Below, piece after piece: positions 1 through 11,158 of a DNA stretch of 64,000 nucleotides. Below the pieces are notes generated by a model that saw only the letters and a program-made list of their open reading frames with translations, had not been told where the DNA came from and searched no databases. Position 1 is the stretch's first letter; each line of letters begins with the position of its first letter. The position numbers and the translations under genes are program-made. The stretch spans positions 101,597-165,596 of the forward strand of contig NMRA01000416.1 of the NCBI GenBank assembly GCA_002633005.1. The letters run 5' to 3'. The DNA comes from Phoronis australis (taxonomy: Eukaryota > Animalia > Phoronida).

Positions 1-1200
1 AGCTGTGTGCGATTTTTGCCGAAATATCTAACGTTAGACTTACAGCAGGCCCGGGATATGCTTGAGAGCCACAAAGTGTGCTAAAATGGTAGAAAATTAG
101 GCGTAACATTTCTATAGGAGATAAAAGGTTGATTACCGCAGAAGGCCGATGTCTTAAATGCCCAGAAAAAATTAGGAAGGCAAGGTGACTTGCCAAGAAA
201 ACGGCAGTCGGGGCACTCTAAAGGAAAGTACTTCAACCAATTCCAATTATCCGGTGCAACTTCTCTCACTCGACGGTGTTGTTTCACGACACCGCAACCT
301 CCCAAAAAAACGAAACGCGGAGGGTGAGATATTACAGAGTACAACTAGCAATGATTTGACAGTTGAGCTTGAGAAAACCCAGTGTTGAGCTATCCTTTAT
401 TAAAGACGTTAAATTTTCCGTTGAGAATCTGACTGAAGTCATAGATGAATGCGACGGGAAGGATATCGAGGAGTACACGGAGAGAAAGGAAGCTTTAAAG
501 ATTGCTTTCTTTGAAGACCAGGAGCGAAACCGTGAATAATAAATTAATGAAAAATGCATGGTATAGACACAATTAGAAGCTTTCAAACTTTTGCGTTTGT
601 GTGCTGTCCATATTAATATTTATTCTTGGATACAGGTTCCCACCTCAAAATAAATTTCCCACGGTCGTTCTTTATGACGATAGCAATTTTTTCGTCAACT
701 GGATTAGAACAGGAATCATAGATCTTTCGCGCGCTCAGTCTATGGTTCTGACACTTCAAACTTTTGTCAACACGATAGCCAGCCTCAGAAAGTTCGATGT
801 TGACCTAGTTCTAAACCTCTCTGCAACCCACTGTAAGGGGATGAAAACAATTCAAAGTCCGCTCCTTGAAATAGGGCTTGCTTAACTGGAATTTAGAACT
901 GCGGTCATGGGAGTGTTTTCACCTCCTGATTGCGAAGCGATCGAGTTAGCTGTGGTATCTTCATCAGCGCGTGATCTCAGCGGGAGGTCACCGCTTTATC
1001 CACTCAAGCGCTCGACAACAACTAAACTTACGAGAGTCTCAGAACTCCCACATGCAAATTTGATATGCAAATGAGGGAGTACTTGACTACTGCGCCATCT
1101 ATACATCGACGGAAAAGCTTAAATACCCGTGACTGCGTGTGGGAAATTGCGATTGCGTGCGCTGAAGTCGATATTTTCAAAGTACAATTACACCACTGTT
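1..1200 (+). mobile_element. Decayed DNA-transposon remnant, possibly THAP + HTH transposase (PIF/Harbinger-ISL2EU-like or Kolobok-like), truncated by window start
   Basis: CpG-richer than flanks. Broken frames give LKESTSTNSNYP...RHRNLPKKR (THAP C-terminus-like), FSVENL...EEYT, and LSRAQSMVLTLQ...RKFDV (HTH-like). Ends at TTAA near 1200. Family call is inference from weak motifs. Confidence 0.35.
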
Positions 1201-1451
1201 TAAGGTTGCAAAGTGAGATTTTTTGATATCATTCTGCAGAAAAAGCTTTAATCTCTCTGATGAAATCATCTGTTTCCTTTTAAACGAAACTTAAGTCCTA
1301 AAATTAGTCCGGGGAAGGAGGCCAAAAACGGCGGTTTAGCTAGTTGTCCCTTCCTGGTTATCTCTTCCTGCTGTTATTTATATGCTCCAGGGTCATTTAG
1401 CATAAAGCTTTGTAGCTTGTCTATCAGATAACTCTTGACTGTTGCATTGTT

Positions 1452-1713
1452 TACTGTGAAAGTTCTCCAATTTGGGGTAGTGATAAATTAATTACTTTGA
1501 TCAAGGCTGTAGCTTGTCCCAAATTCTAGCTGCATTGTCTGCCTCATATTCAAAAATCACCCGCTCTGTAGACTGAAAACACATTGTTTGAGAAATGTGG
1601 TGAATGCCAGGATTGCTCTTGTCCCAAATTCCAGAATGAAGAATATTGAATATTATGGATTTTCCATGTTACAGATTCTGTAGACTGTCCCAAATTGGAG
1701 AATTTTTACAGTT
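1452..1713. mobile_element. MITE with terminal inverted repeats; second copy at 42066-42377
   Basis: tactgtgaaagttctccaatttggggtagt at left is the reverse complement (imperfect) of actgtcccaaattggagaatttttacagt at right; the same ends recur at 42066-42377. Confidence 0.6.
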
Positions 1714-1856
1714 AGTAATATTCATGGCTCCGTGACTTGTGATAATGTGATAGTTTTTGGTATTCATATGACTTCTATGCAGTTCACTGGTTGTTCTGAA
1801 AAATTATATCAGTTTAATTTGCACTGTCTATATTTTCCTCCTCCATTTTGTTTTAG

Positions 1857-2017
1857 ATGTTCCAGATAGTCCAACCGGAGCGTATCCTCTACGCCCAAGC
1901 CAATAACTGCGTGGAGGAACAAGAGTGGCTCCGCCTGTTGGCCAAAATCTGTAACACTAACAAAAACAAGTTGAAGACCTATCATCCAGCGGCCTTCGTT
2001 AATGGGCATTATTTGTG
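1857..2017 (+). CDS. RASA3: GAP1-family RasGAP (RASA2/RASA3-like), exon with end of PH domain and start of Btk motif
   Basis: ttttag|ATG...TTG TG|gtgtgt; 161 nt; MFQIVQPERILYAQANNCVEEQEWLRLLAKICNTNKNKLKTYHPAAFVNGHYL(C). Upstream exons lie outside the window. RASA2 vs RASA3 cannot be resolved. Confidence 0.9.
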
Positions 2018-2644
2018 GTGTGTACTCGGCACAATTAATGTTGAAGAGTGCATGCATTGTTTTTGACTTGTACTGAGTGCAATTTATATTGAAGAGCATA
2101 TTGTGCAAATTAAGACAAGTTGACTTTGCAAAAGAAATTCCGGAAGAAGCAAATGTGCCTCCAAAGCAGCTTGATTACAGAGAACTAGGCTAATTTCTGG
2201 AAGAGTGTCTCTCACTTAATATGTGACATATCATTCAGTTGCATGATTCCTTGGTTGTTGCGCAGTTGGTCTATCAATGTCAGTGTTCCGCTGTATTTTT
2301 ACAGCATGTTGATAGAGTGTTTGAGTCTTGTAGAGTCATTGTCAAAGTTTGAAAATGAGCAAAGCAGATAAGCTTTTGTATAGCACAGCTATATTAAGGT
2401 AAAATCTCAGTTTTATTATTTTCCAAGTCAATGCTTTGCTGTTTTCCAGTTGTGTAACATGGCTGCTATCTAACGGTTATTTTGAAAAATTCCGACAGTT
2501 CAAATGCTTTGAAGCTCTTGAAAAATGAAAAAGGTCAATTTTTGCGATATATTTTGTCCAAAATGGGTGAGATTTCACCATATTCCATGATTGTATGTTC
2601 TGCTTGTCATGTGAGCACTAATTAACATTGCTCCTTCTTTTTAG

Positions 2645-2796
2645 CTGTAAGAACCAGGATGAGCTGGCACCAGGGTGTACCCCTGTCCCCAGTGGCGTCC
2701 CGGTTGACATCAAGATTGACATAGACTCTGACCACGAGGTGGAGAAGATCCACTCCCAGTTTTTGATAAACATGGAGAAATTGGAGAGATACCAAG
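2645..2796 (+). CDS. RASA3: RASA2/RASA3-like exon (Btk zinc motif end)
   Basis: tttag|C TGT...CAA G|gtgagc; 152 nt, phase 2 to 1; completes CC; CKNQDELAPGCTPVPSGVPVDIKIDIDSDHEVEKIHSQFLINMEKLERYQ. Confidence 0.9.
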
Positions 2797-2841
2797 GTGA
2801 GCCGGTGCACTTCTTGTACTTAATGTGTTATTACAGACAAT

Positions 2842-3456
2842 GCAAAGGAGTCAAGCAACTGCAGAGTTATTGGTCTCTTTCAAGGGGGTCGAGCAACTGC
2901 AAAGTGATTGGTCTCATTCAAAAGAGTGTAGCAACTGCAGAGCTATTGGTCTCATTCAACGGAGTCTAGCAACTGCAGAGTTGTTGGTCTCATTCAAAGG
3001 AGTCAAGCAACTGCAGTGTTATTGGTCTCATTCAAAGGAGCCAAGCAACTGCAGAGCTATTGGTCTCATTCAAAGGAGTGTAGCAACTGCAGAGCTATTG
3101 GTCTCATCCAAAGGAGTCTAGCAACTGCAGAGTTGTTGGTCTCATTCAAAGGAGTCAAGCAACTGCAGTGTTATTGGTCTCATTCAAAGGAGCCAAGCAG
3201 CTGCAGAGCTATTGGTCTCATTCAAAGGAGTGTAGCAACTGCAGAGCTATTGGTCTCATCCAAAGGAGTCGTGCAACCTGCAGAGCTATTGGTCTCATTC
3301 AAAGGAGTCAAGCAACTGCAGTGTTATTGGTTTCATTCAAAGGAGTCAAGCAACTGCAGTGTTATTGGTCTCATTCAAAGGAGCCAAGCAACTGCAGAGC
3401 TATTGATCTCATTCAAAGGAGTGTAGCAACTGCAGAGCTATTGGTCTCATTCAAAG
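2842..3456. repeat. 38-bp minisatellite, about 16 copies, with 152-bp higher-order period
   Basis: Unit gcaactgcagagctattggtctcattcaaaggagtcaa; variant ends cycle tgta/tcta/tcaa/ccaa; repeat-derived ORFs start 152 bp apart (3016, 3168). Confidence 0.95.
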
Positions 3457-4359
3457 AAACCCACTGGAATCTAATTTACTTGGGACACTTATGGAGCCTG
3501 AGGTTTAGTGTTAAAATCGACCTAAACTTTTTACGCATCTTCCATTTTTCTATAATATGAACTCAAAATCAGTGTTTATAATAATAAATTTCTAGTCCAA
3601 ATTTGTTCTTCGTGTCCTCTCAATTTGAGCTACAATCTCGAGTGAAAATTCTAAATTTCGAGTTCAGACTCAAAGTTGTAGCTGTAATGCGAGGGTCGTT
3701 AATTCAAACTGGTATTAGGCAGTCATCTGGTTAAGCAGGTGTGTATCATGACCAGAAAACACCTCGAATTTTGGTATGGAACAAGGTGAGCCCGGGCTTT
3801 TAACTGTTCGGGGGCATTAATTGGAAGTTATTTTTGGTGGAAAAGAATTATCACACAGGGGTTTACTTTGTGAGCAGAAGTGTATCGGTTTTACTTCAGG
3901 TGAGTTGACCTGTATTTACTTAAGGTACTAAATGTGATGTTAATATTAGGATTGGTATCCGTATTGGAGACCATTTGGACCCTTGCCTGTTGTTGAATAT
4001 GTGCCAAAATGCCATACTCCAGAACCATTGAATTCTTATATGCAACAATACTTATCATGTGTGATATCCCAACTTGTATGTGTCATTTCTGTCATGTGTA
4101 CGGAAGTTGTTATGCTTTTGCCATGTGCTGTTACCAATTTTTATTATGAAAAATACAATGTACAATGATACGAGTTCAGCCCAGAAAGTGCCAGAGTGCA
4201 TTGTGTCGGTATTGTTACCTGTTGGCAGTGTTTTGCAAACTTAAGGCATCTTTCTATTTTGGTTCAGTGTCAATTTAATTGCTATTTTTAAGACATTTTT
4301 GATGTTGCACTGAACCTACTGTTGTTAATACAATGTTTCGTTTTTTTAATTTTCACCAG

Positions 4360-4380
4360 CTACTCTTCGGAAAACAATCG
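4360..4380 (+). CDS. RASA3: Candidate 21-nt cassette microexon of the RasGAP
   Basis: gtttcgtttttttaattttcaccag|CTACTCTTCGGAAAACAATCG|gtaaga; phase 1-1 matches the host intron; adds ATLRKTI with no stop. Confidence 0.6.
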
Positions 4381-6177
4381 GTAAGATTCTAAGGTCAACA
4401 ACTACTCGTGGTGTTAGTTTGTAGTTGTCTTTCTATCCTCGTTTTCTTCTAAGTAACTTTAGTACTAACTTGTTTTAGTTACTAGGTGTTGTCGATTTTT
4501 TCTCTTGTTTCATTTCCAATTTCCACGTGTGAGAAGGGGATGGTAGGTGCCTGATGCTTGTAGGACTACACTCTCTCGCTTGCCAGACTTATTATGATAA
4601 ACATACATGGAAATGTCATTAGAAATGTTTGCACAGGACTATATAATGGGAATCTGTCATTGTTGGAAATATGTTTTAATGACCTTTGACCTTAGAATGC
4701 TTTGTTGCTTATTTTTCCTAACAATTTGACACTTGGGCATGATAGCAGTGAAGATTGCAGAATTTTGCCTCCTGTCACACAAGACTTCAGCTCGAGGTCA
4801 GTTTCAGCTGAATCAATGTTTATGCCGTTTTGCTAAGAAAAGGGTTTCAAATCATCCCGTAGTAATAATTTATCAGTCATCTATAGTTTAGATACATTAA
4901 TTCATTTATCTTACGTGAAAAGTATTGTCCAAAATAATATACAATTTTTCTAGTTTTCAGTAGTAAAGTTCTTTTCTAAAAACAATGAAAAAATACAAAG
5001 TTTAATGGCAGCTGTGGTGTATGAACTTTGCTTATAGTAGGGTAAAGTTTTCTTTAATTTAGTCTTTTTAGTTGAGAAGGACACAGTATAAAGTAATTTT
5101 CCACTAATCAGCCATGTTGTCATTCCCAAATAGAGTCCCTTCACATTTTCCATGCACACACTCAAAAGCACAGAAAGCTAGCATGAGCACAGGAGACATA
5201 GCACGAGTGCATTCAAAGGGGCTGTGTGCTCCAGTGAGAACATAGGTTCTATGACAAAAATCTGTTAAATTTTCCTTACTACTGGATGGGTGGGCATGTA
5301 TTGTAGTGACTTTGGATGCAGTTGTTAACCTAGGGGTTGTGTGGATTTTTTTACTGTAGACTTGTGCTAAAGCATGGGACTCTGCACATAACACGGCTGG
5401 GCCCCACCTTGCACGCACAGAGCCTCACACCAATGTTTTGTTTAGAAAACTTGTGACTGACTGTTTATGTAAACCAGAGAGTTGTGTCAAGCAAAAGTAT
5501 ATTCACGAGAAAACGAGCAAAATTCTTCGCATATGAGCATATATAATATTTATTTTTTTTAAATGCAATGGAAGTAGCTGAAGTAATATTTTTATGAGTG
5601 AACAGTTTTGTGTCTTCATGAGATGCTCTTGATGTAAATTTTTCTAGGCGAGTGATTATGATGGTTATTCTATGTTTTACTACATTTCATTGAATGCATC
5701 ACAAGAGCAAATTACGCTGTCTTGAAGTTGAAATATTAAGTAGTATTGAACCTCATCAATGAACTGAAACTTTACTTGCGCTTACTTCAGAAAAAGGTAA
5801 CGGGAACTGTCTTGATGAATGTTTCATCAATTATTTGTAAAAAAACAGATTTACCCTCAAACAGTGAAAATCTGTTTTCAAAACAATTTCCAATATTTAT
5901 GGATAACTGAAATGTTTTTCCTTGGACGGACCGTAAATCTACCCCACGGCTAAAGAAAATAACTGATATTTTGAAAGAGTCAAAAGCAAAAAATTTTATA
6001 AAGTTTTAAGGTTGACCTTTACAGTCGAGTTACGCCGGTGGTACGACTTGGCTTTGGACATGAAACAATAATATCCATTATGTGTGCATAACGAATCTGT
6101 CTTGCTTTGGTTGCTGGTTTGGAACCAGGCATGGTTGACAAACATATAAACCCTGTAATCGTTGTTGTCACCAATAG

Positions 6178-6361
6178 ATGCGTGTGGTGCCCAGGAAGTA
6201 TACGTAGGCGACGTTGCTCTGGATTACTCCCACTTCACCATAGAGGATACCCGCTCCTGCTTTGAGACATTGAATGAGATCCTCAAGTGTGTTGTTAGTC
6301 TGGAACAGGTGCATAAACAACATACCAAAATGAGGAAGAGACTTACAGTCATGGGCTCAGA
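6178..6361 (+). CDS. RASA3: RASA2/RASA3-like penultimate exon
   Basis: aatag|AT GCG TGT...TCA GA|gtaagt; 184 nt; (D)ACGAQEVYVGDVALDYSHFTIEDTRSCFETLNEILKCVVSLEQVHKQHTKMRKRLTVMGS(E). Confidence 0.9.
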
Positions 6362-6547
6362 GTAAGTAATAGTATTAGAAAGGGAGCCGGAAACAGAAAT
6401 TGACCGCTGGCAGTGAACAATCAGCAAAGGCTTAGAATAACTACAGATGGCCTGCTGACCAGAGGTAGAAATGTTTGTGATGAATGATTTTTCATCAACT
6501 TGCGTAAAAGGTGAAGAGACAATTAACTTAAATGAAGACCATGTTAA

Positions 6548-7061
6548 GGTTATCTAGGAGCTTAATAAACGACCTCAACTCTTGAGTTAAATATCAAAAA
6601 GAATGTTTGTCGAGCATTACAAGTAATACTATATATTTTCTGAAAGGAGAAAGATTGAGGATTCTGAAAATATGCTTCTTACTGCTGTGTCTATTATTGT
6701 CACGTGACCACATTTTGTAAGTCAAATTTCCATGTGCAAGAAAGGTACATTGATATTTTATAGCAAAATAACTCCCCAGCCGATTTTACAAAAACTTTTT
6801 CAAATGAAAACATTACGTTATGTCTCAAAAATGTTAATCAGCTGGGAGGTTATTTTACTTTGAAATATCAATTTACCTTTCTTGCACATGAAAATTTGAC
6901 TTAGCATAGCCACATGACAATAATAAAGATACAGTAGTAAGAATATTTTTAGAATCCTTGATCTTTTTCTTTCAGAAAATATATACTTAATGGTTGTCAA
7001 AGCATAGTTTTATCGATACATAACTTAGAATTGAGGTTGTTTATTAAGATTCTGTATAACC
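6548..7061. mobile_element. Palindromic foldback MITE at a TTAA-like site (Kolobok-like ends)
   Basis: Left arm ggttatctaggagcttaataaacgacctcaac...aaataactccccagc mirrors right arm gctgggaggttatttt...ttgaggttgtttattaagattctgtataacc; flanks ttaa and ttga. Confidence 0.75.
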
Positions 7062-7153
7062 TTGAGTATTTGCAAGAGTCTGTTTTTAAATTCTGTCTCA
7101 TCTTATTTGGTGTTGTGAATTTTTTAATTTACCTTAATTTCTTTCTGTTTCAG

Positions 7154-7202
7154 AGACGCTCCTTTTGGGGATGAGCTGAGTCAGTGGAACACCAAGCTGT
7201 AA
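7154..7202 (+). CDS. RASA3: RASA2/RASA3-like last coding exon
   Basis: tttctttctgtttcag|A GAC GCT CCT TTT GGG GAT...CTG TAA; gives MGSEDAPFGDELSQWNTKL*, resembling the GS-x-x-x-P-x-GD tail of GAP1 proteins. Confidence 0.85.
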
Positions 7203-7837
7203 TGCCTTGATGACAGTGGCCTGGATGCAATGGAATTACTAGGTGACTCGTGCAGTGGTCACCTGAAGGCAATGGGACACCTGGGTGCAATACTAAAGTA
7301 ACAACCTGAAGGCAATAGAGTTACCAGGTTGCACACGCAGTGGTGACCAGAAGGCAATGGGACACCTGTGTGTAAAAAGTAATGCCCTGAAGGCAATGCA
7401 TTACCAGTGGTGTCCTGATGGCAGTTGAATACCTAGACTTAATTCTTGAGGAAAAGCAAATGTTTTTGGTTTTACGTTTACTAAAAACATAGATCCTTGA
7501 TTATCTTGAAAGAGGTATTTTTCCATGTTTCCTGTAGTGCTCCTGGCATGTTTTTTAGTATCCATGCAACAATAGGTGGAAGTGACATAAACAGCCCTGC
7601 AGAAGCCCTACATAATGATTCTCCATTTACTTGCATTGGGTAGACACCTTGAACACAATCTATTTCAGTCATTGTGTTTGCTCAGTGGATGTGAATGCTA
7701 AGTCAGTATGCAGGTCTTACTGGGCCATTGCTGCAGGAGTGCATGCTAATGGAACAGTTATGAACATGGGGAAAATGTCCCAACATAACAAGGATTTCTG
7801 TACAACTTAATATTAAAAAAATGTTTGTTTTCCCTGT

Positions 7838-8215
7838 TAAGTAATGACCTGAAAGCAGTGTGGTACTAGGTGCAATGCTTAAGTACTGATGACCTAAAGC
7901 CAATCTGGTACCTTGGTGCAATACTTAAGTAATGACCTGAAGGTAATGAGGTACCTTGGTGCAATACTTAAGTAATGACCTGAAGGTAATGAGGTAGCTT
8001 GGTGCAATACTTAAGTAATGACTTGAAGGCAATGAGGTACCTTGGTGCAGTACTTAAGTAATGACCTGAACGCAGTGTGGTACTAGGTGCAATGCTTAAG
8101 TACAGATGACCTAAAGCCAATCTGGCACCTTGGTGCAATACTTAAGTTATGACCTGAAGGCAATGAGGTGCCTTGGTGTAATACTAAGTAATGACCTGAA
8201 GGCAATGAAGTTACT
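7838..8215. repeat. 43-bp minisatellite in RasGAP 3' UTR, about 9 copies; degenerate copies at about 7205-7435
   Basis: Unit ccttggtgcaatacttaagtaatgacctgaaggtaatgaggta (7911, 7954, ...); core cctgaaggcaat recurs just after the stop codon. Confidence 0.9.
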
Positions 8216-10228
8216 GAGTGAAACAATAGTGGTATGAGTTAGTGGAGCACCAGGATGTTAGACTTGAACATCCATTGTTGTACTTGTTGACACAAGGAGT
8301 TGAATGAGGACCTTTGTTCATTCCAAAATCAGAATCTATTCACCGTTTTAGAAATACAGTACTTTTCAAAATAAAGTGGACAGACTTCAACAGAACTTAG
8401 TCAGTCTCTGCCAAACTTGGACAAACCTCTTGCTAGAATTACTTGGCGGTGTAGTTGATATTTTGGTGCTAATGAAATAGCATGTTTGTCAAGTTTATCC
8501 AAGGTAAGACTCGCTTTTTTACAACATGCGTGCAACACCTGTCAAGATTTAACGAGAATTAAAAGGAGTCCTAGTTTAAAAAATTAAATGTTTAGTCACA
8601 GTTTTGATGTGGTTCAGTTTGTTAACTGTACTCTCGAATTTTGATATAAGTGACTGTTATTCAGTCAGTAAGTTTTGAATTCAAGGGTAATGATTTGTAA
8701 TTTCTGAATGTTGAAAATGCCACAAGTTGTCTCGGTTCACCTATAAAGACATGAAATTGTTGATTTCTTGTTTACAGTAAGTGCTGCAGTTGCTGCTGTA
8801 AATTGTTCATGTTTTGTTTTGAGTGTCTGTTAGAATATAAAGAGTTTGACTCTCTGTTGTACATTCACCTATTAATAATTTTATTTGTTGTTAAGCTCTT
8901 GCAGAAAGTTATTTTATCGGTTTGTGTTATTTGGATTTTTGTTGAAGTATATTTTAATTATGTATTTTAAATTGAACATTTTTTGCATGAAATGATGAAG
9001 ATATGTCAACATGTTCGCATAATATTAAATGATGTCAAGGTACAATAAAATTTGTGAAATGAATATTTTAAATCAAAATTAGATTTCAATTAGTGTTAAA
9101 TTGGGATGAGGTTATAGTTAGGTATAGTAACAAGTTTTGTATCTTCTCACTTTTATGAAACCTTGCATGTTGGTTGTGTGAACTGACAGTGAGTGTAATT
9201 TGTAGTCATTTAATTAACACATGGTATGCAGCTAGTTGCTCTCAAAATAATTTAATAGCTCTGCACACGCAGTAATAATCTTGGCCTTAATTGCTTGCTG
9301 TTTAGGCACTTGAAATGAATGAAACCTCCGAAATTAACATTTTTACCTAGGGATGGATTTTGAACATTATTCAGTACAATTCAAGTTCCTATGGCTTGCA
9401 ACATGAACTGGGGTAGATGGGGGTGGGAAATTGGGTTAACCATAGACAGGCCAGCAGAGGGCACACCTGTAATGAGGTACGACTCACACTGCGTTTCCAC
9501 CCGTTAATCACAATCAAAGTCGGGTGTTTTACGCAATGGGAGACTTTCAAATAGCAATGTGGTGACTGGTCATGTGGGACGGTTCCCCTGTACCACCCAC
9601 TAAGACAAAGTAACTCTTGGTACAGCTAAGTGGCAACATAAGTCACCATTCCCACTTGGTCAACCCCCATTGCTTCCTGAAAGTGCCCCATTGGCCTGAC
9701 TTGCCCTGTCCAATGCAATGTCCAATGGATGACCTGCAATTTTTGTTAATCACCGTCTCACACTGCTCCCCCCGTGGAATACTTTGTCTGCGCTGGTGAG
9801 CAATTTTTTGTATCATTGAGATGTCTTAGTTTATTGTGCTTTATTCTTTAAGGCTTTTTAGGTAGTATTTCAGGTGCTTTCGGTTCATGTTTTTGTGTCC
9901 AGTATCTGGACGTTTTGTCACTGACCTGGTTATAGTTAGTGCTAATACCTGCATGTGTTGTTGTAAAATTGGCACACGTGAATAAATTAAAGAAGTTAGT
10001 GCAATTTAAGCCAAAAAAATGTTTCCCTATCCGAGATAATTATTTTGTTTTGATTCAAATTTTGAAAGCTTTTTGATTATGAGGACAAGTGTCAGTTATG
10101 AGTGCGAGTGTGCGTGGAGTAATGTTATCATTTTATTTGATCATGTCAATGTGTCATTTCTTCACAAAATTTGTCTTTGTATTCATCCCGCTACAACTCT
10201 AAATTTCATCAAATTTGTTATAAATATT

Positions 10229-10252
10229 TTTATTACAAGTCTAAGTAATAAA
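10229..10252. terminator. Candidate poly(A) signals of the two convergent genes
   Basis: AATAAA on + at 10247-10252 followed by GT/T-rich gatgttttgttttc; AATAAA on - (tttatt) at 10229-10234, about 100 nt past the GPALPP1 stop. Confidence 0.5.
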
Positions 10253-10334
10253 ATACACTGTTGATAAAATGATGTTTTGTTTTCATTTTCAGCGCTTGCT
10301 GTTTGAATGAGCTCACCACACAGGCTGAATCCAT

Positions 10335-10493
10335 TCATATGAACTTTGAACTCCCGTGTGAAAATCTAGTGTTGAGCTGTTCGGACTTCTTAATCACATT
10401 TTTTCTTTGGGCTTCGTCAAAGCGGTTCACCTTCAAGTCTAATTCCCGATCAAATGCTCTTCTTTTGGGTGGTTGACCATCATCATCTAGTTC
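10335..10493 (-). CDS. GPALPP1: GPALPP motifs-containing protein 1, last exon
   Basis: ttttag|GAA...ATA TGA; 159 nt; ELDDDGQPPKRRAFDRELDLKVNRFDEAQRKNVIKKSEQLNTRFSHGSSKFI*, matching the conserved GPALPP1 C-terminus. Confidence 0.92.
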   Translation of the reverse strand, partial: ELDDDGQPPKRRAFDRELDLKVNRFDEAQRKNVIKKSEQLNTRFSHGSSKFI

Positions 10494-11101
10494 CTAAAAC
10501 AGACGTTAAAAGTTGTCAAAAAATTGAACAATTGTAAAAAATTCGTAAAATTAGATAGCACCGATTTCCCCTTATGATCATAATCTAACACAAATTTTAA
10601 ATCGGGTTACTAAGCAACTCCAAATATATTTAAATTTCCTGTATTAGAAGAGTAGTGGAAATTCTTTGACCAATGGCCAGCTAGTTATAAGTAATCGGGG
10701 TAAAATTTCTCCAGTTTGGGGCAGTTGTAACATTTGGGATACCGAAATTCACGCCGAAATTGAATTATTTTGAATCTGAAGATTAGTACAAGGAAGATTG
10801 GCATTTTGTATCTTAACAGAGTCTGAAAACAGACTTGGCAGTTCATAATATTTAAAACGGCTGCCGACATAATGTTTTTCATGCCTCCTCTAGAACGCAA
10901 GACAAGGTGAATGACTAAGTAGTTAAGCGTAATTCTTGAAATGCGTATGGCCAGTACTGCCCATTTCAAAAATTTGGTAGTACAAGCTCTAATCACAAGT
11001 GCAAAAAAATGATTTCTCTCTCCCAAACTGAAGAGTGTTGACTATAACCTAAATTTTCATTCCCTGTGTCTTGACAATGAAAAGTGCCGCATGTGCCCTA
11101 C

Positions 11102-11158
11102 CTTTTGAACCTTTCTGTCCTTTTGGTGTATTGCTAGCAAAGACTCCTTTCTGGATTT
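11102..11158 (-). CDS. GPALPP1: GPALPP1 exon
   Basis: ttgtag|AAA...AAG|gtaggg; 57 nt, phase 0-0; KSRKESLLAIHQKDRKVQK. Confidence 0.85.

Noticed and set aside
2825-3560. Repetitive ORFs and a CRISPR-like periodic array
   Set aside because: Head-to-tail 38-bp units with no unique spacers and no cas genes, inside a spliceosomal intron; the ORFs are by-products.
7880-7910. CTGATGA as a hammerhead ribozyme or box C/D motif
   Set aside because: No stem II followed by GAAA and no terminal stem with box D; it is a minisatellite variant.
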